A stretch of 32,267 bases of DNA from a virus (taxonomy: Duplodnaviria > Caudoviricetes): positions 1 through 32,267 of IMG/VR virus record IMGVR_UViG_3300039918_000021. One strand, written 5' to 3'. Below are positions 8,286 to 17,035 of the stretch, in pieces. The first letter of the stretch is position 1; each line of letters starts with the position of its first letter. Position numbers and translations under genes: made by a program. A model generated the notes under the pieces. The model worked only from the letters and a program-made list of their open reading frames with translations. It was not told where the DNA came from and did not search any database.

Positions 8286-8309
8286 GCGGCGTCCGCGACC
8301 GGACGCCGC
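8286..8309 (-). terminator. Hairpin downstream of the major capsid gene
   Basis: 10-bp stem GCGGCGTCCG/CGGACGCCGC followed by a weak pyrimidine tail. Confidence 0.45.
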
Positions 8310-8318
8310 GCCCAGGGG

Positions 8319-9251
8319 TTACTGCTGCTCGCTGTTGAGGATGATGCCGACCTTGCCCGCCTGCGTGCGCGTCGCCGCGACCGTGGTGCCAGCGAACACG
8401 CTGCGGGTATCGACCTTTTGCGGCTGATCCTTGATCGCCGTGCGCAGCTTGCGCCACACACCCTTGCGGATCCCGGAGCGCGTCCAGAACGGGTTTTTGG
8501 TATAGCCGTTGGCATCGACCGTGAGGCCAAGTTTGAAGGCGCGCAGCCGGGGGTTGCGCAGCTCCATATGGACGAAATTCCACCCGAGCAGCGACATGAT
8601 CCGGCCCTTCACGAAGGTGCCGCCATAGGCACCCTTGAAGTCGGCCGATGTGGCGGGCACCTCGCTTAGCAACTGGGCATTCTGCACGGCGTCGATCACC
8701 ATGAAGCGCTCTTCTTCCTGGTCGACGAAGCTCTGGTCGAGGGTCTGCCCCGCCAGGATCAGTTTCGCGACATTCATGCCGGTTGCGCCCGCCGCCGCGC
8801 CCGTGGTGACCGGGATAATCTGGCCAGCGGGAAACGGTGTGGAAACCGTGCCATCCTTGCCCGAGATGATCGGGCCATAAGCACCTTCCAGCACGCGGCT
8901 GTCCTGCGCGCGGTTGATCGTCGCCATCGCCGCCATGGTATAGCCGCCGTCGAGGCTGATCTTGGTGGCAAGCTGATCGGACCCGTCGACGAACTTGTTG
9001 AAATAGAGTTCGTTCGGCTTGACGATCCACACGCGATCGTGGCCGGGGTCGGTTTCCTTCAGATCGGCGAAGCGCTCGTCTGCTTCTTCCGGGTCAGTGT
9101 CGCCGATCAGATCCTTGACCGTTTCCTTCTCGGCGCTGGTGCAATCCTGTTCTTCACAGGTGTCCCAAAGGACGGCCTTGTTCGATTGGAGCTTGAGTTC
9201 GAGGTTGTTCGCGAACTCATAATTTGCAGTTGTGTTGACTGTATCAGCCAT
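8319..9251 (-). CDS. Major capsid protein
   Basis: 310 aa after the scaffold gene; EFANNLELKLQ, AAMATINRAQD, TSADF, LLGWNFV and terminal GKVGII resemble BPP-1/N4-type capsids. Confidence 0.88.
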   Translation of the reverse strand: MADTVNTTANYEFANNLELKLQSNKAVLWDTCEEQDCTSAEKETVKDLIGDTDPEEADERFADLKETDPGHDRVWIVKPNELYFNKFVDGSDQLATKISLDGGYTMAAMATINRAQDSRVLEGAYGPIISGKDGTVSTPFPAGQIIPVTTGAAAGATGMNVAKLILAGQTLDQSFVDQEEERFMVIDAVQNAQLLSEVPATSADFKGAYGGTFVKGRIMSLLGWNFVHMELRNPRLRAFKLGLTVDANGYTKNPFWTRSGIRKGVWRKLRTAIKDQPQKVDTRSVFAGTTVAATRTQAGKVGIILNSEQQ

Positions 9252-9279
9252 GGGATGGCCCTCGCGAAAAAGGTTTGAT

Positions 9280-9385
9280 CCGATTTCGAAGGGCTAGGGG
9301 GCACGCAGGCCCGGCCGCTCTATCGTTTAACGCCCGCGATCGGCGACGCCATCCAGCGTGGGGCCCGGGGCGACGAGGCTAGGCC
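9280..9385 (-). ncRNA. Putative structured cis-regulatory leader RNA, copy 2 (capsid 5' UTR)
   Basis: Repeat of 1580-1687; its 3' GCCCU can pair with AGGGC overlapping the capsid RBS (9258-9263). Confidence 0.65.
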
Positions 9386-9435
9386 AGGACTTAGCCGGGG
9401 GATTGGGAGCGGCTCCCCCGAGGCCGATCGTGAAA

Positions 9436-9461
9436 TCTCACGCCGCGACTCGCGCGTCAAG
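9436..9461 (-). promoter_or_regulatory. Putative late promoter motif CTTGACG-N12-CGTGAGA, copy 2
   Basis: Shared with 1704-1729; lies just after the scaffold stop. Confidence 0.55.
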
Positions 9462-9479
9462 CTGGCTTTTCGATCTTTT

Positions 9480-10433
9480 TTACAATTGTTGTTCCGCGCG
9501 CGCCTTGCCAGCCGCCGCTGCCGCGTTGAGCCGGTCCCACCGCGTCCGTTCGGCCGATCCGGGCACCATCACGCGTTTCTGGAATTCGGGATCGGCCTTC
9601 AACTTGTCGATCTCGGCCTGTGCTTCGACCCCCGTTACGCCGAAGCGCCCCTTGCCGCCGGTGATAATCGTATCTTCGGCCATGCCTGCGCCGAGTTTGG
9701 CAAGGATGGTCAACGCGCGATCGGCACCCAGGCCAGCGCGCAGGCCCGCCATGTCCTGCTTGGAGAAGCCAAGCGCACGCGCCGCGCTGTCAACATGGGC
9801 GAGCTGCTCGTCTTTCTTCGCGCCCTGTTGTTTCACCCATTCCAGTGCCAGATTGTCTTGCTTCGCGCTCTCGGCCGCCGCCTCATCCATCTGTAATTTG
9901 ATGAAATCGCCCACCAGCCCCTCAAACGCTTCCTTTGGGGCACCGTGCTTGAGCGCGCTCTCGCGCAGCGAGTTGATCAAAGGCTCGTTGAGCGGCACGC
10001 CTTCGGGTGCCTTGATCTCATAGCCGTCAACCTTGTCGGGCACGCCGATCGCGGCCTTGAAGGCGGCGATATCCTCCGGCTTCGCATCTTCGCCCGGCAC
10101 CTTGATCCGGCCGTTTTCGCGCAAGGCCCGCTCGGTATCGCGCGCGATCTTGGTCAGGCCGTCAAGATCCTTCACGCCCTTGGCCGCCAGCCAGTCACGG
10201 TTCGAGCTGGTCTCGCCATCCTTCGTCTCGGCCGATACCTTTTCGAACCAGTCGGGAACCGCAGCGCTTCCATCGGCCACGCCGCCCTCAACGGCAGGTG
10301 CCCCCGGCTGTGCGCCGCCGCTCTCTGCCGCGCCAGGCGCACCACCACCAGTCACTCCCGCACTTCCGATCAAATCCATCGCGCCGCCGCCGGTTGCGCC
10401 GCCATCTGCCCCGCTCTCGCCATCAATTGCCAT
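9480..10433 (-). CDS. Capsid scaffolding/assembly protein
   Basis: Gly/Ala-rich N-terminus, KVPGEDA...GVPDKVDGYEI, helical C-terminus; lies between the Bbp19-like and capsid genes. Confidence 0.8.
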   Translation of the reverse strand: MAIDGESGADGGATGGGAMDLIGSAGVTGGGAPGAAESGGAQPGAPAVEGGVADGSAAVPDWFEKVSAETKDGETSSNRDWLAAKGVKDLDGLTKIARDTERALRENGRIKVPGEDAKPEDIAAFKAAIGVPDKVDGYEIKAPEGVPLNEPLINSLRESALKHGAPKEAFEGLVGDFIKLQMDEAAAESAKQDNLALEWVKQQGAKKDEQLAHVDSAARALGFSKQDMAGLRAGLGADRALTILAKLGAGMAEDTIITGGKGRFGVTGVEAQAEIDKLKADPEFQKRVMVPGSAERTRWDRLNAAAAAGKARAEQQL

Positions 10434-10755
10434 CGTCGATCTCCATGAGTTTCTGGACTGCCGCCTCGTCCAGGTTGAGGTAGGTTGTGATCCGGTCGAA
10501 CACCTCGCGTCGCCCAATCCGCCGCGCCATCACCAGCGGATCCTGCGAAAACAGCAGCCGGCGATTGTTGGGATGCGCGAAGCAAAAGTCGCGCAGGTCG
10601 GCGAGCACGCGCTGCGCCGACACGCGCAGGCGCTCCTCGTCGGTCAGGAACAGCCGACGCCACACCGTCACCGGCGTCTGCCACCCCGCGAACAGATCCT
10701 TGAAGCTGCGCGACACGCGCACCGCATGGATCCGGCGTTCGTTCTTGCTGATCAT
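10423..10755 (-). CDS. Bbp19-like phage protein
   Basis: QRVLADLRDFC ... DPLVMARRIGRREVFDRITTYL motif typical of the gene following podovirus portals. Confidence 0.8.
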   Translation of the reverse strand: MISKNERRIHAVRVSRSFKDLFAGWQTPVTVWRRLFLTDEERLRVSAQRVLADLRDFCFAHPNNRRLLFSQDPLVMARRIGRREVFDRITTYLNLDEAAVQKLMEIDDGN

Positions 10756-10904
10756 GCGCCCAGCCCCCGATCTGCGATCTCTTTGCGGGCTGCGCGACTG
10801 TCCTGATGTCGCAGGGACGATATAAACCGATCACCGTTCCGCAGCACGAATGTCCGCATGCTGCGCTTGCGACATACGCAAATGGCAGTAACGATCGGAC
10901 TCAT
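10752..10904 (-). CDS. Small hypothetical ORF (50 aa, MSPIVTAICVCRKRSM...)
   Basis: ATGA overlaps at both ends (portal stop and Bbp19-like start); exactly fills the gap. Confidence 0.45.
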   Translation of the reverse strand: MSPIVTAICVCRKRSMRTFVLRNGDRFISSLRHQDSRAARKEIADRGLGA

Positions 10905-12550
10905 GCCGCCGCACTCAGGCTGCTCGCGCGCGCGAGGTCGCTCGCCGCCGATGCCGCTCCCTGCAATTGCTCGACGCCGGATGCCGCTGCCTTGCTGTCG
11001 TCACGCGCCTTGCGCTTCGCCGCGACCTGATCGGGCGTTGCGATCCAACTGGGCCGCACGCCCAGCACATCGCCAAGGCCCGGTGCCGCCGCATCGACAT
11101 CGATATGATCGAACACCGCGCCATCATCGACTTGCGCCAGCGGAGCCATCGCCTCGATCCAGCGGGTCAGGCCCGCCGCTTCCTCGGCGCGGGCCATGCG
11201 CGACAGCGGGTTTTCATATTCGATCACCGGATAGGCCCCGGCTTCGATAACCTCATCCGGAAAGGGTTCGATCTGGCGCGCGCGCAACGCGAGGTCGAGA
11301 TCGCGTTGCGTCACCGGATTTTGCTTCTCGCTTTCGTAGCGCCCGGCATAAGGCGCGACGAGCACGCCCTGTTTTGCGACCATTTCCAGCACTTGCGTCG
11401 CGGTCATGCGATCCCCCGGATCGGTCAGGATCTTGAAGAAATCCTCCAGGAACGCGGTCTTGACCACGGCGCGCTCGCTTTGCTGCATTTCAAGGCCGAT
11501 CGGCAGGTTTGATCCGGTCGGCATCGGCGCGACCATCAACTGCCCCTGTTCGTTGACCAGGCCGGGATTGGCCCCGCCCGGCCGCGTCACCAGCGAGGTG
11601 ATGCCGTCATCGTCGAAAAAGGCGAGCGCGGGATCGACCATCTTGTGGGCGGACCGCAGGATCGTCTGCGCCATCTGGTTGAGGCCCTTGATCGTCGGGA
11701 GCACCTTGATCGTGGGCGACCGGCCATAGATATCGCCCGGCCCGGTCACGTGCCGCGAGACCGAAATCGGCATCGAATGGAAGCCCTTGCGCCGCAGGAT
11801 CACCTTGTCGGCGATGGCGATGGTAATGCTGTCGATCGCCATACTGCGCCGGTCGAGCGCGTCGGGTTGCAAATCGCCATTGGGGCAGACGATGTGCAGG
11901 ATCTCGAATTCCTCATCGAGTTTGTTGCGCTGGATAGCCTCGCGCATCTTGCCGGTGAGCGCGTCGGCACCGAATTCCTGTAAGCACTGGCGCGCCGTCC
12001 GCTTGTATTTGCGGTGCACCGTATCGATGCGCCCGGCAAAGTCCTCGTCGATGTAACATTCCGACAGGTGCAGCGCCTTGTAGAACAGGCCGACGCCCTT
12101 GCGTTCGCCGGTCCACAGCGGGCCGGTGCCATAGCTGCCGAGCTGGCGAAAATCCTCCTGGGCCTGCACTTCGAACCCGGCATGGGGCGCATAGCGGATC
12201 GCATGAAGGCGATCGCCCGCGCGCTCGCACCACCGCCGCACCGCCGGGATCTTGTCGAGATCCTTATCGCCGAAGCGCAGCCGGATATATTGGGTGTTAC
12301 GCGGGATCGTGATGCCCGCCATCGCCGCGCAAAAGCGATCGAGGCTTTCCACCGCCGTCACATCGAAATTGGCCGCGCCGTGGATGGTGCCGGGCGTATT
12401 CTTGCTCCAGCCACCGGCACCCAGCGGATTGACGCGCTCGTCGATTTCCCGCCACAGGCTTTCCATCGGCGCGCGCAACGCCGCCAGGCGGTCATGATTG
12501 CGCAGATGCGCCTTGACCAGATCGTCATCCTGCAGCGTATCGTCGGCCAT
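10901..12550 (-). CDS. Portal (head-tail connector) protein
   Basis: 549 aa from ATG 12550; FDVTA, YGRSP, MTATQV motifs of T7 gp8/Bbp21-type portals. Confidence 0.93.
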   Translation of the reverse strand: MADDTLQDDDLVKAHLRNHDRLAALRAPMESLWREIDERVNPLGAGGWSKNTPGTIHGAANFDVTAVESLDRFCAAMAGITIPRNTQYIRLRFGDKDLDKIPAVRRWCERAGDRLHAIRYAPHAGFEVQAQEDFRQLGSYGTGPLWTGERKGVGLFYKALHLSECYIDEDFAGRIDTVHRKYKRTARQCLQEFGADALTGKMREAIQRNKLDEEFEILHIVCPNGDLQPDALDRRSMAIDSITIAIADKVILRRKGFHSMPISVSRHVTGPGDIYGRSPTIKVLPTIKGLNQMAQTILRSAHKMVDPALAFFDDDGITSLVTRPGGANPGLVNEQGQLMVAPMPTGSNLPIGLEMQQSERAVVKTAFLEDFFKILTDPGDRMTATQVLEMVAKQGVLVAPYAGRYESEKQNPVTQRDLDLALRARQIEPFPDEVIEAGAYPVIEYENPLSRMARAEEAAGLTRWIEAMAPLAQVDDGAVFDHIDVDAAAPGLGDVLGVRPSWIATPDQVAAKRKARDDSKAAASGVEQLQGAASAASDLARASSLSAAA

Positions 12551-12606
12551 CGGAATTTCCCTGTTGGAAGAAACGGGCGCGACCACCGCGCGCCCGCATC
12601 TGTCGG

Positions 12607-13254
12607 TTAGAAGTAGATGTCGTCTGCGATGTTGACGGTGCTGCCGGTCGCGACGTTGATGACATCGCTGCGCTTGCAATAGGCGACCTGTTTTCCGTCG
12701 ATCAGCAGCGCATACCCATCGATCGCATAGCCGCCCTGGCCATTGGCCGGGCCGTGGACCGTCACCGCGTCGCGCAGCATCTTGCCGAGCGTGTGATCCC
12801 GCCACACATCGCCGGTGACGACGATCGGCGCGATCCCGGTAATTTCCCGCGTGCCGTCGCTCAGCACGATTTCGACCTTTTTGCCGCCCTGATCGGCCTT
12901 CGTCAGCGCTTCGGTCAGCGCGTCGCCGGTGAGACCATCGCCGACCGGCCCGATCTTGCGTGACTTGGGGGCATTCTCGCCACGCTTGACGCTGGTTTTA
13001 GAGGCCGATGCCGCCGCTTGCAGCGCCGTAATCGTGGCATTGGCCGCGTCGAGATCCTTCTGCAGTTTCGCCGCGTGTTCTTCGAGATCGATCTTTTCCT
13101 GTTCGTCGAGCCCAAGTTCCTCGTTGAGCGTTTTGTTCTGGGCAGTCAGCTCGTCGATGCGGATCTGCAATGCGGTTGCCCCTGCAGGATCGAGCCCGGC
13201 ATTGAATTGCTCCATCAATTCCTGCTCGCGCGTTTTGGTCGTAGTGTCGTCCAT
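12607..13254 (-). CDS. Hypothetical protein with N-terminal coiled coil (215 aa)
   Basis: AAGGAA RBS; heptad-rich N-terminal half, beta-rich C-terminal half. Confidence 0.8.
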   Translation of the reverse strand: MDDTTTKTREQELMEQFNAGLDPAGATALQIRIDELTAQNKTLNEELGLDEQEKIDLEEHAAKLQKDLDAANATITALQAAASASKTSVKRGENAPKSRKIGPVGDGLTGDALTEALTKADQGGKKVEIVLSDGTREITGIAPIVVTGDVWRDHTLGKMLRDAVTVHGPANGQGGYAIDGYALLIDGKQVAYCKRSDVINVATGSTVNIADDIYF

Positions 13255-13265
13255 GATCGTTCCTT

Positions 13266-13499
13266 TCAGCTTCCCAGGGTGAGCTTGCCGCCGGTCAGCG
13301 GGGCCTGGACCCCCGCCGCGCCGTTCACGAGGTCCGCCGCGCCGCCTTTGCGACGCCGGAGTTCGTCCGTGGCCGACACCGCCGCCGCCGCATCGTCACG
13401 CGTTGCCGTGGGCAGTGCGGTCGGGGCCTGTCCGGGTGTCGAGATGATGCCCAGCGCCTTCAGCGGGGCCGCGATAATCTTGCCGAGAAGTGCCATCAT
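13266..13499 (-). CDS. Small virion/tail-assembly protein (T7 gp7.3-like position)
   Basis: ATGA overlap with the terminase gene; RRRKG and terminal KLTLG typical of the small pre-portal protein. Confidence 0.7.
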   Translation of the reverse strand: MMALLGKIIAAPLKALGIISTPGQAPTALPTATRDDAAAAVSATDELRRRKGGAADLVNGAAGVQAPLTGGKLTLGS

Positions 13500-15055
13500 A
13501 TCCCTCCAAGTTCGTTGTAATCGCCGTCCACCCGCACGGTGCGCCGCTCCCGCGACTTGCCTCGAATGTCGGAGATGACGTGCTCGCCCTCGAGCGCGGC
13601 ATATTGCTCGGCATCCTCGATATGGGTGTGGATCGTGTCGGCGATCTCGAGATGACCCCGCGTCTCGCCGTCGGTCATGTCGGCTTTGCGATAGTGATAC
13701 CCGCCGAGATGCCCCCGGATCAGATGCTTGCACGACGGGTCGATCAGATATCCGCCGCGTTCGCTCATCGCCTTGCGCTGCGCCTCGAGCCGAAGCTGCT
13801 CGCGGTTCGTTTTCGCCTTGTAGACCTTGAAGCCCAATGCCTTTTGAAAAGGCGGAACCCAGTCCAATTCGCGCGCCTCTGCATCGCGATCAGCCGCGGC
13901 GAATGCGGCAGGATCGGCGACCACGCGGATCTGGTCGGCGGTGATATCGGGGCAACGCTCGATGATCTTGGCGCGGAGCATCTTGCCGAACGCCGTCGGG
14001 CCGACCTTTGCCAGCGACTTGCCGCCATCCTGAAACGCGACCACCTCGCCCAGCGTTCGTAGCTCGCCCATCACCGTGCGCTGTGTCAGCACGGCTGCTG
14101 CGAACAATCCCTGGTCGACGCCGACGATGAGCTTGCGTCGGCGATCCCATTCGATCGTCTCTTTGGCGACATGCTCGCTATAGCTGAATTGCGGATGCAC
14201 CGGCAGGCCGTGCCGCACCGGCACGAACTTGTTGTGGATCATCCGGTCGACATAATCGGGCCGGTGTTTGTTGGTCGCTTGCTGCAGGAGGTAATATCCA
14301 CGCCCGCCGCGCAGATTGTGCAGGTTCTCAGCGCCAGGCTCGAGCCCGCCCGGCTGGATGAAGCATTCGATCAGCGGTCGCCCCTCGAGCGCTACCAGCA
14401 ATTCGGGGCTGGCGAGATCATGCAATCCGCCGAGTTCCTTCTCGATCGCCAGCTTGTAGAGATAATTATCGGTGAATGGCGCGTTGCTGGAGATCAGTAT
14501 CTGCGGATCGACCACTAGCTTGGGATCAAGGCTCGAAAAACGCCCGACGCGACCCGACAGGTAGCTGATCAATTCCTCGGGCTGCAAATCGCCTTCGTCG
14601 ACACCTGCGCAGTTCAACTCCCAGCCGCGCGTGGCCGCCTCTACACCCTGATCGCCGATCGCGCGAAATTCGACTTCCATGTCGAGCACGTCGGTCGGCT
14701 GGCGAGACGCATCGCGCCGCAGCACACGCTGGAATTTGTGGCTGTACGGTGCCTTGGCGCTGAAATGCCCATACTCTTTTGGCGTGATATTGAACCATGA
14801 CGGTAGCGTGTTCGCATCGAGACTAGGGTAACTCTCACGGATGACGCCAAATTTCGCGCGTCGGCGCTTGATGCCGCGTTCATCGATCCGCGCGCCCTGC
14901 ATCGCGCCATTGCGGACGCCCTTCTGCAGCATCGCCATCGTCTTGCCTGAACCAACCGGGCCGATGATCACGACGATGAACGCGCGGCTGCGCATGAACG
15001 CCTCCGCCACCGGCCCCGGCGACGTGAGTGCGATGGGTTTGGCTGCAACCGTCAT
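13496..15055 (-). CDS. terL: Terminase large subunit
   Basis: Walker A GPVGSGKT, Walker B AGVDEG, nuclease motifs IVGVDQG, DPA, HIEDAEQY. Confidence 0.92.
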   Translation of the reverse strand: MTVAAKPIALTSPGPVAEAFMRSRAFIVVIIGPVGSGKTMAMLQKGVRNGAMQGARIDERGIKRRRAKFGVIRESYPSLDANTLPSWFNITPKEYGHFSAKAPYSHKFQRVLRRDASRQPTDVLDMEVEFRAIGDQGVEAATRGWELNCAGVDEGDLQPEELISYLSGRVGRFSSLDPKLVVDPQILISSNAPFTDNYLYKLAIEKELGGLHDLASPELLVALEGRPLIECFIQPGGLEPGAENLHNLRGGRGYYLLQQATNKHRPDYVDRMIHNKFVPVRHGLPVHPQFSYSEHVAKETIEWDRRRKLIVGVDQGLFAAAVLTQRTVMGELRTLGEVVAFQDGGKSLAKVGPTAFGKMLRAKIIERCPDITADQIRVVADPAAFAAADRDAEARELDWVPPFQKALGFKVYKAKTNREQLRLEAQRKAMSERGGYLIDPSCKHLIRGHLGGYHYRKADMTDGETRGHLEIADTIHTHIEDAEQYAALEGEHVISDIRGKSRERRTVRVDGDYNELGGI

Positions 15056-15327
15056 GCCGCGACCGCCCGCATATCGTTCGCAAGCGCGATCAGCTCGGCT
15101 GCACGCTGATCGAGTGCGTTTGCCACGGCCGCGATTTCACCCGCGCTCAAGCCACGATCGGCGGCAAGCTTGTGGTTGACGGCGCGACGGCCAATGCCGA
15201 GAATGTCGGCAAGGCACGCTGCACCACCAAGCGCCGTCCGCGCCCGATCCAGCAACACCAGCCGACGAACTGCCCGCGCCATCGGCGAAAGGGTGTTCCC
15301 ATTTGTGAGAACGGGCGCGTCAGCCAT
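15052..15327 (-). CDS. Small HTH protein between the terminase genes
   Basis: LGGAACLADILGIGRRAVNHKL helix-turn-helix pattern; coupled to terL. Confidence 0.7.
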   Translation of the reverse strand: MADAPVLTNGNTLSPMARAVRRLVLLDRARTALGGAACLADILGIGRRAVNHKLAADRGLSAGEIAAVANALDQRAAELIALANDMRAVAA

Positions 15328-15931
15328 TGTTGATTTCCTCATCTTGAATTTCGTGGAAATCGCCCTCGAGCATTTCCTCTATCTCGCCATCGGTATGGGT
15401 GACGCCCTGGATGATCAGGTCAGCAACACCCGAAAAGGTCATGTCGACCGCGACCGGTTTTTTGCTTTCGAGGTACGGCAACAGCGCTTCGGCACACCTC
15501 ACGCGCAGCGCTCGCGCCTCGGCATAGCTCATCCGCTCGACAACTACGTTGGGCGTGCCATCCTTCCGAAAGCTGTGAACCTTTTCCTGCTTCGAGGTTT
15601 CGATCAGGACATCTTCCGGCGTCGATGACAGCTGCATCAGCGTGATTGCCGGATGCTGCCCGAAGGTCTGGATGTAGCGCGCAAAATCATCGGTGCGCTT
15701 GTTGCGAGCGCCAGCCGGCCGACCGCGCTTGCGGCTTCGCGCCTCGGTCAAAACGGCCATTCGACCAGCCTCGGGGCCGAGCGCTTGGCGCGCCTCCAGC
15801 ATTTCCTCAGGCGTTACCGGCTCCAGCAGGTTGAGCTGTTGCTCCTCCATTGCGCGGTCAGCCAGCAAAGCCTTGGCGTCGTCAACCACTTGGCGCACGA
15901 TCGTAGCGTCGCCGGTGTCAGGCGTTGACAT
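15320..15931 (-). CDS. Probable terminase small subunit
   Basis: RKRGRPAGARNKRT and AEALLPYLESK motifs; GGGGAGG RBS; upstream of terL. Confidence 0.7.
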   Translation of the reverse strand: MSTPDTGDATIVRQVVDDAKALLADRAMEEQQLNLLEPVTPEEMLEARQALGPEAGRMAVLTEARSRKRGRPAGARNKRTDDFARYIQTFGQHPAITLMQLSSTPEDVLIETSKQEKVHSFRKDGTPNVVVERMSYAEARALRVRCAEALLPYLESKKPVAVDMTFSGVADLIIQGVTHTDGEIEEMLEGDFHEIQDEEINNG

Positions 15932-15993
15932 GGCCGCGCCCTCCCCATAGCTTCATTACTTCGCCCAATGGCGACCAAGCACCGGGACCACCA

Positions 15994-16087
15994 CTATCCC
16001 CGACCCGCGTTTCACTCCTCGAATTGAGCGCCGATCGCGCATCCTGGCGTCGCACTGACGAGGGCAAGCTATCCCCCGACCCCGTTT
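15994..16087. repeat. Two near-identical 19-mers upstream of the terminase small subunit
   Basis: CTATCCCCGACCCGCGTTT (15994-16012) and CTATCCCCCGACCCCGTTT (16069-16087). Confidence 0.6.
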
Positions 16088-16579
16088 TGCCGCTCAACCT
16101 TGGCCGTTCGCCCCCTTTCGACCGGTCGGCATCAATCCCGTAAAACGGAAGGTCGATCAAAATCCGGAATATCGCGTGCGCCAACATGCGAGCATCAGGG
16201 CGCGCGGCCGTTGGGGGCCCTACCCCCTCGGGCTGGGCACTCAGGCCCCCCCGTCCGATCGGCCCGCCTGCGCCGCCCAGCGTGCCGCATGGGCTCAACC
16301 TAGAAAGCTTATGACCATCCCCGGAAAGCTCTGATTTTACAGCATGTTGCGCGCCGCATTCCGACACCGGCATTCCGACATGCCCGATCCGCCCCCCGCA
16401 AACCCGCAGAAATCCGCCGTTTCCGCCCGCGCGACCCAGCCGCGCCAGGCCACCCCGATCGCAGGCCAGCCGGGCCAGATCCACCGCGCACCAAGCCCAA
16501 AAGTTTTGCGGCGCAGCCCCTCCGTAACACTGTGGATCGGGCGTTTCGGCGACGATGCGACCGGGCAGCGCATATCCAC

Positions 16580-16830
16580 CCCATATTATATTCGCGCCAG
16601 AACCGCAGAACCGGTCAAGAACCGCGCGCCGCCCGGCAAATGGCGTATTTCTCCCGTTTTCTTGATTGGGTTCTGAAGTTCTGTAGTTCTCGGTATCTTC
16701 CCTACACGCACGCATACGCACGCACACGCGCACATCACGCGTAGCGGTTTGGAACAGAACCGCAGAACCGTTGAATACCAATGTGTTGCTGGTTCTGTGC
16801 GTTCGTCGCTCCAGAACTCTAGAACCGCGC
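16580..16830. repeat. Iteron array, candidate replication origin
   Basis: Eleven AGAAC/GTTCT copies in alternating-orientation clusters, mostly 8 bp apart, around an alternating purine/pyrimidine tract (about 16703-16743); directly downstream of the helicase. Confidence 0.65.
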
Positions 16831-17035
16831 CCCCCGGCCCGTAGGCACCGCGAGGCTGGCTGCGCCACACTCTTATCTGCCCCAACTGGGCCGGGGGCAA
16901 GGGACAAAGTAAAAAACAAGTCGAACGGGCGCGATCGATAGATAGCGTCGCCCTCGCGATAGTAGTGGAGGCGGAGCGCGGGCGCACCGCTCCGCTGCGC
17001 TACGCTGCCCGCGCGCGTTGGGTTTGGTGCGCCCA

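Noticed and set aside
9280-9385. Leader as a pistol or HDV-like ribozyme
   Set aside because: GUUAAA and CCUCGUCGC are reminiscent, but I could not build the required helix topology by eye.
16608-16622. GAAC-N7-GAAC as a second LexA box
   Set aside because: Arises from two AGAAC iterons in a dense array with no convincing promoter geometry; not fully excluded.
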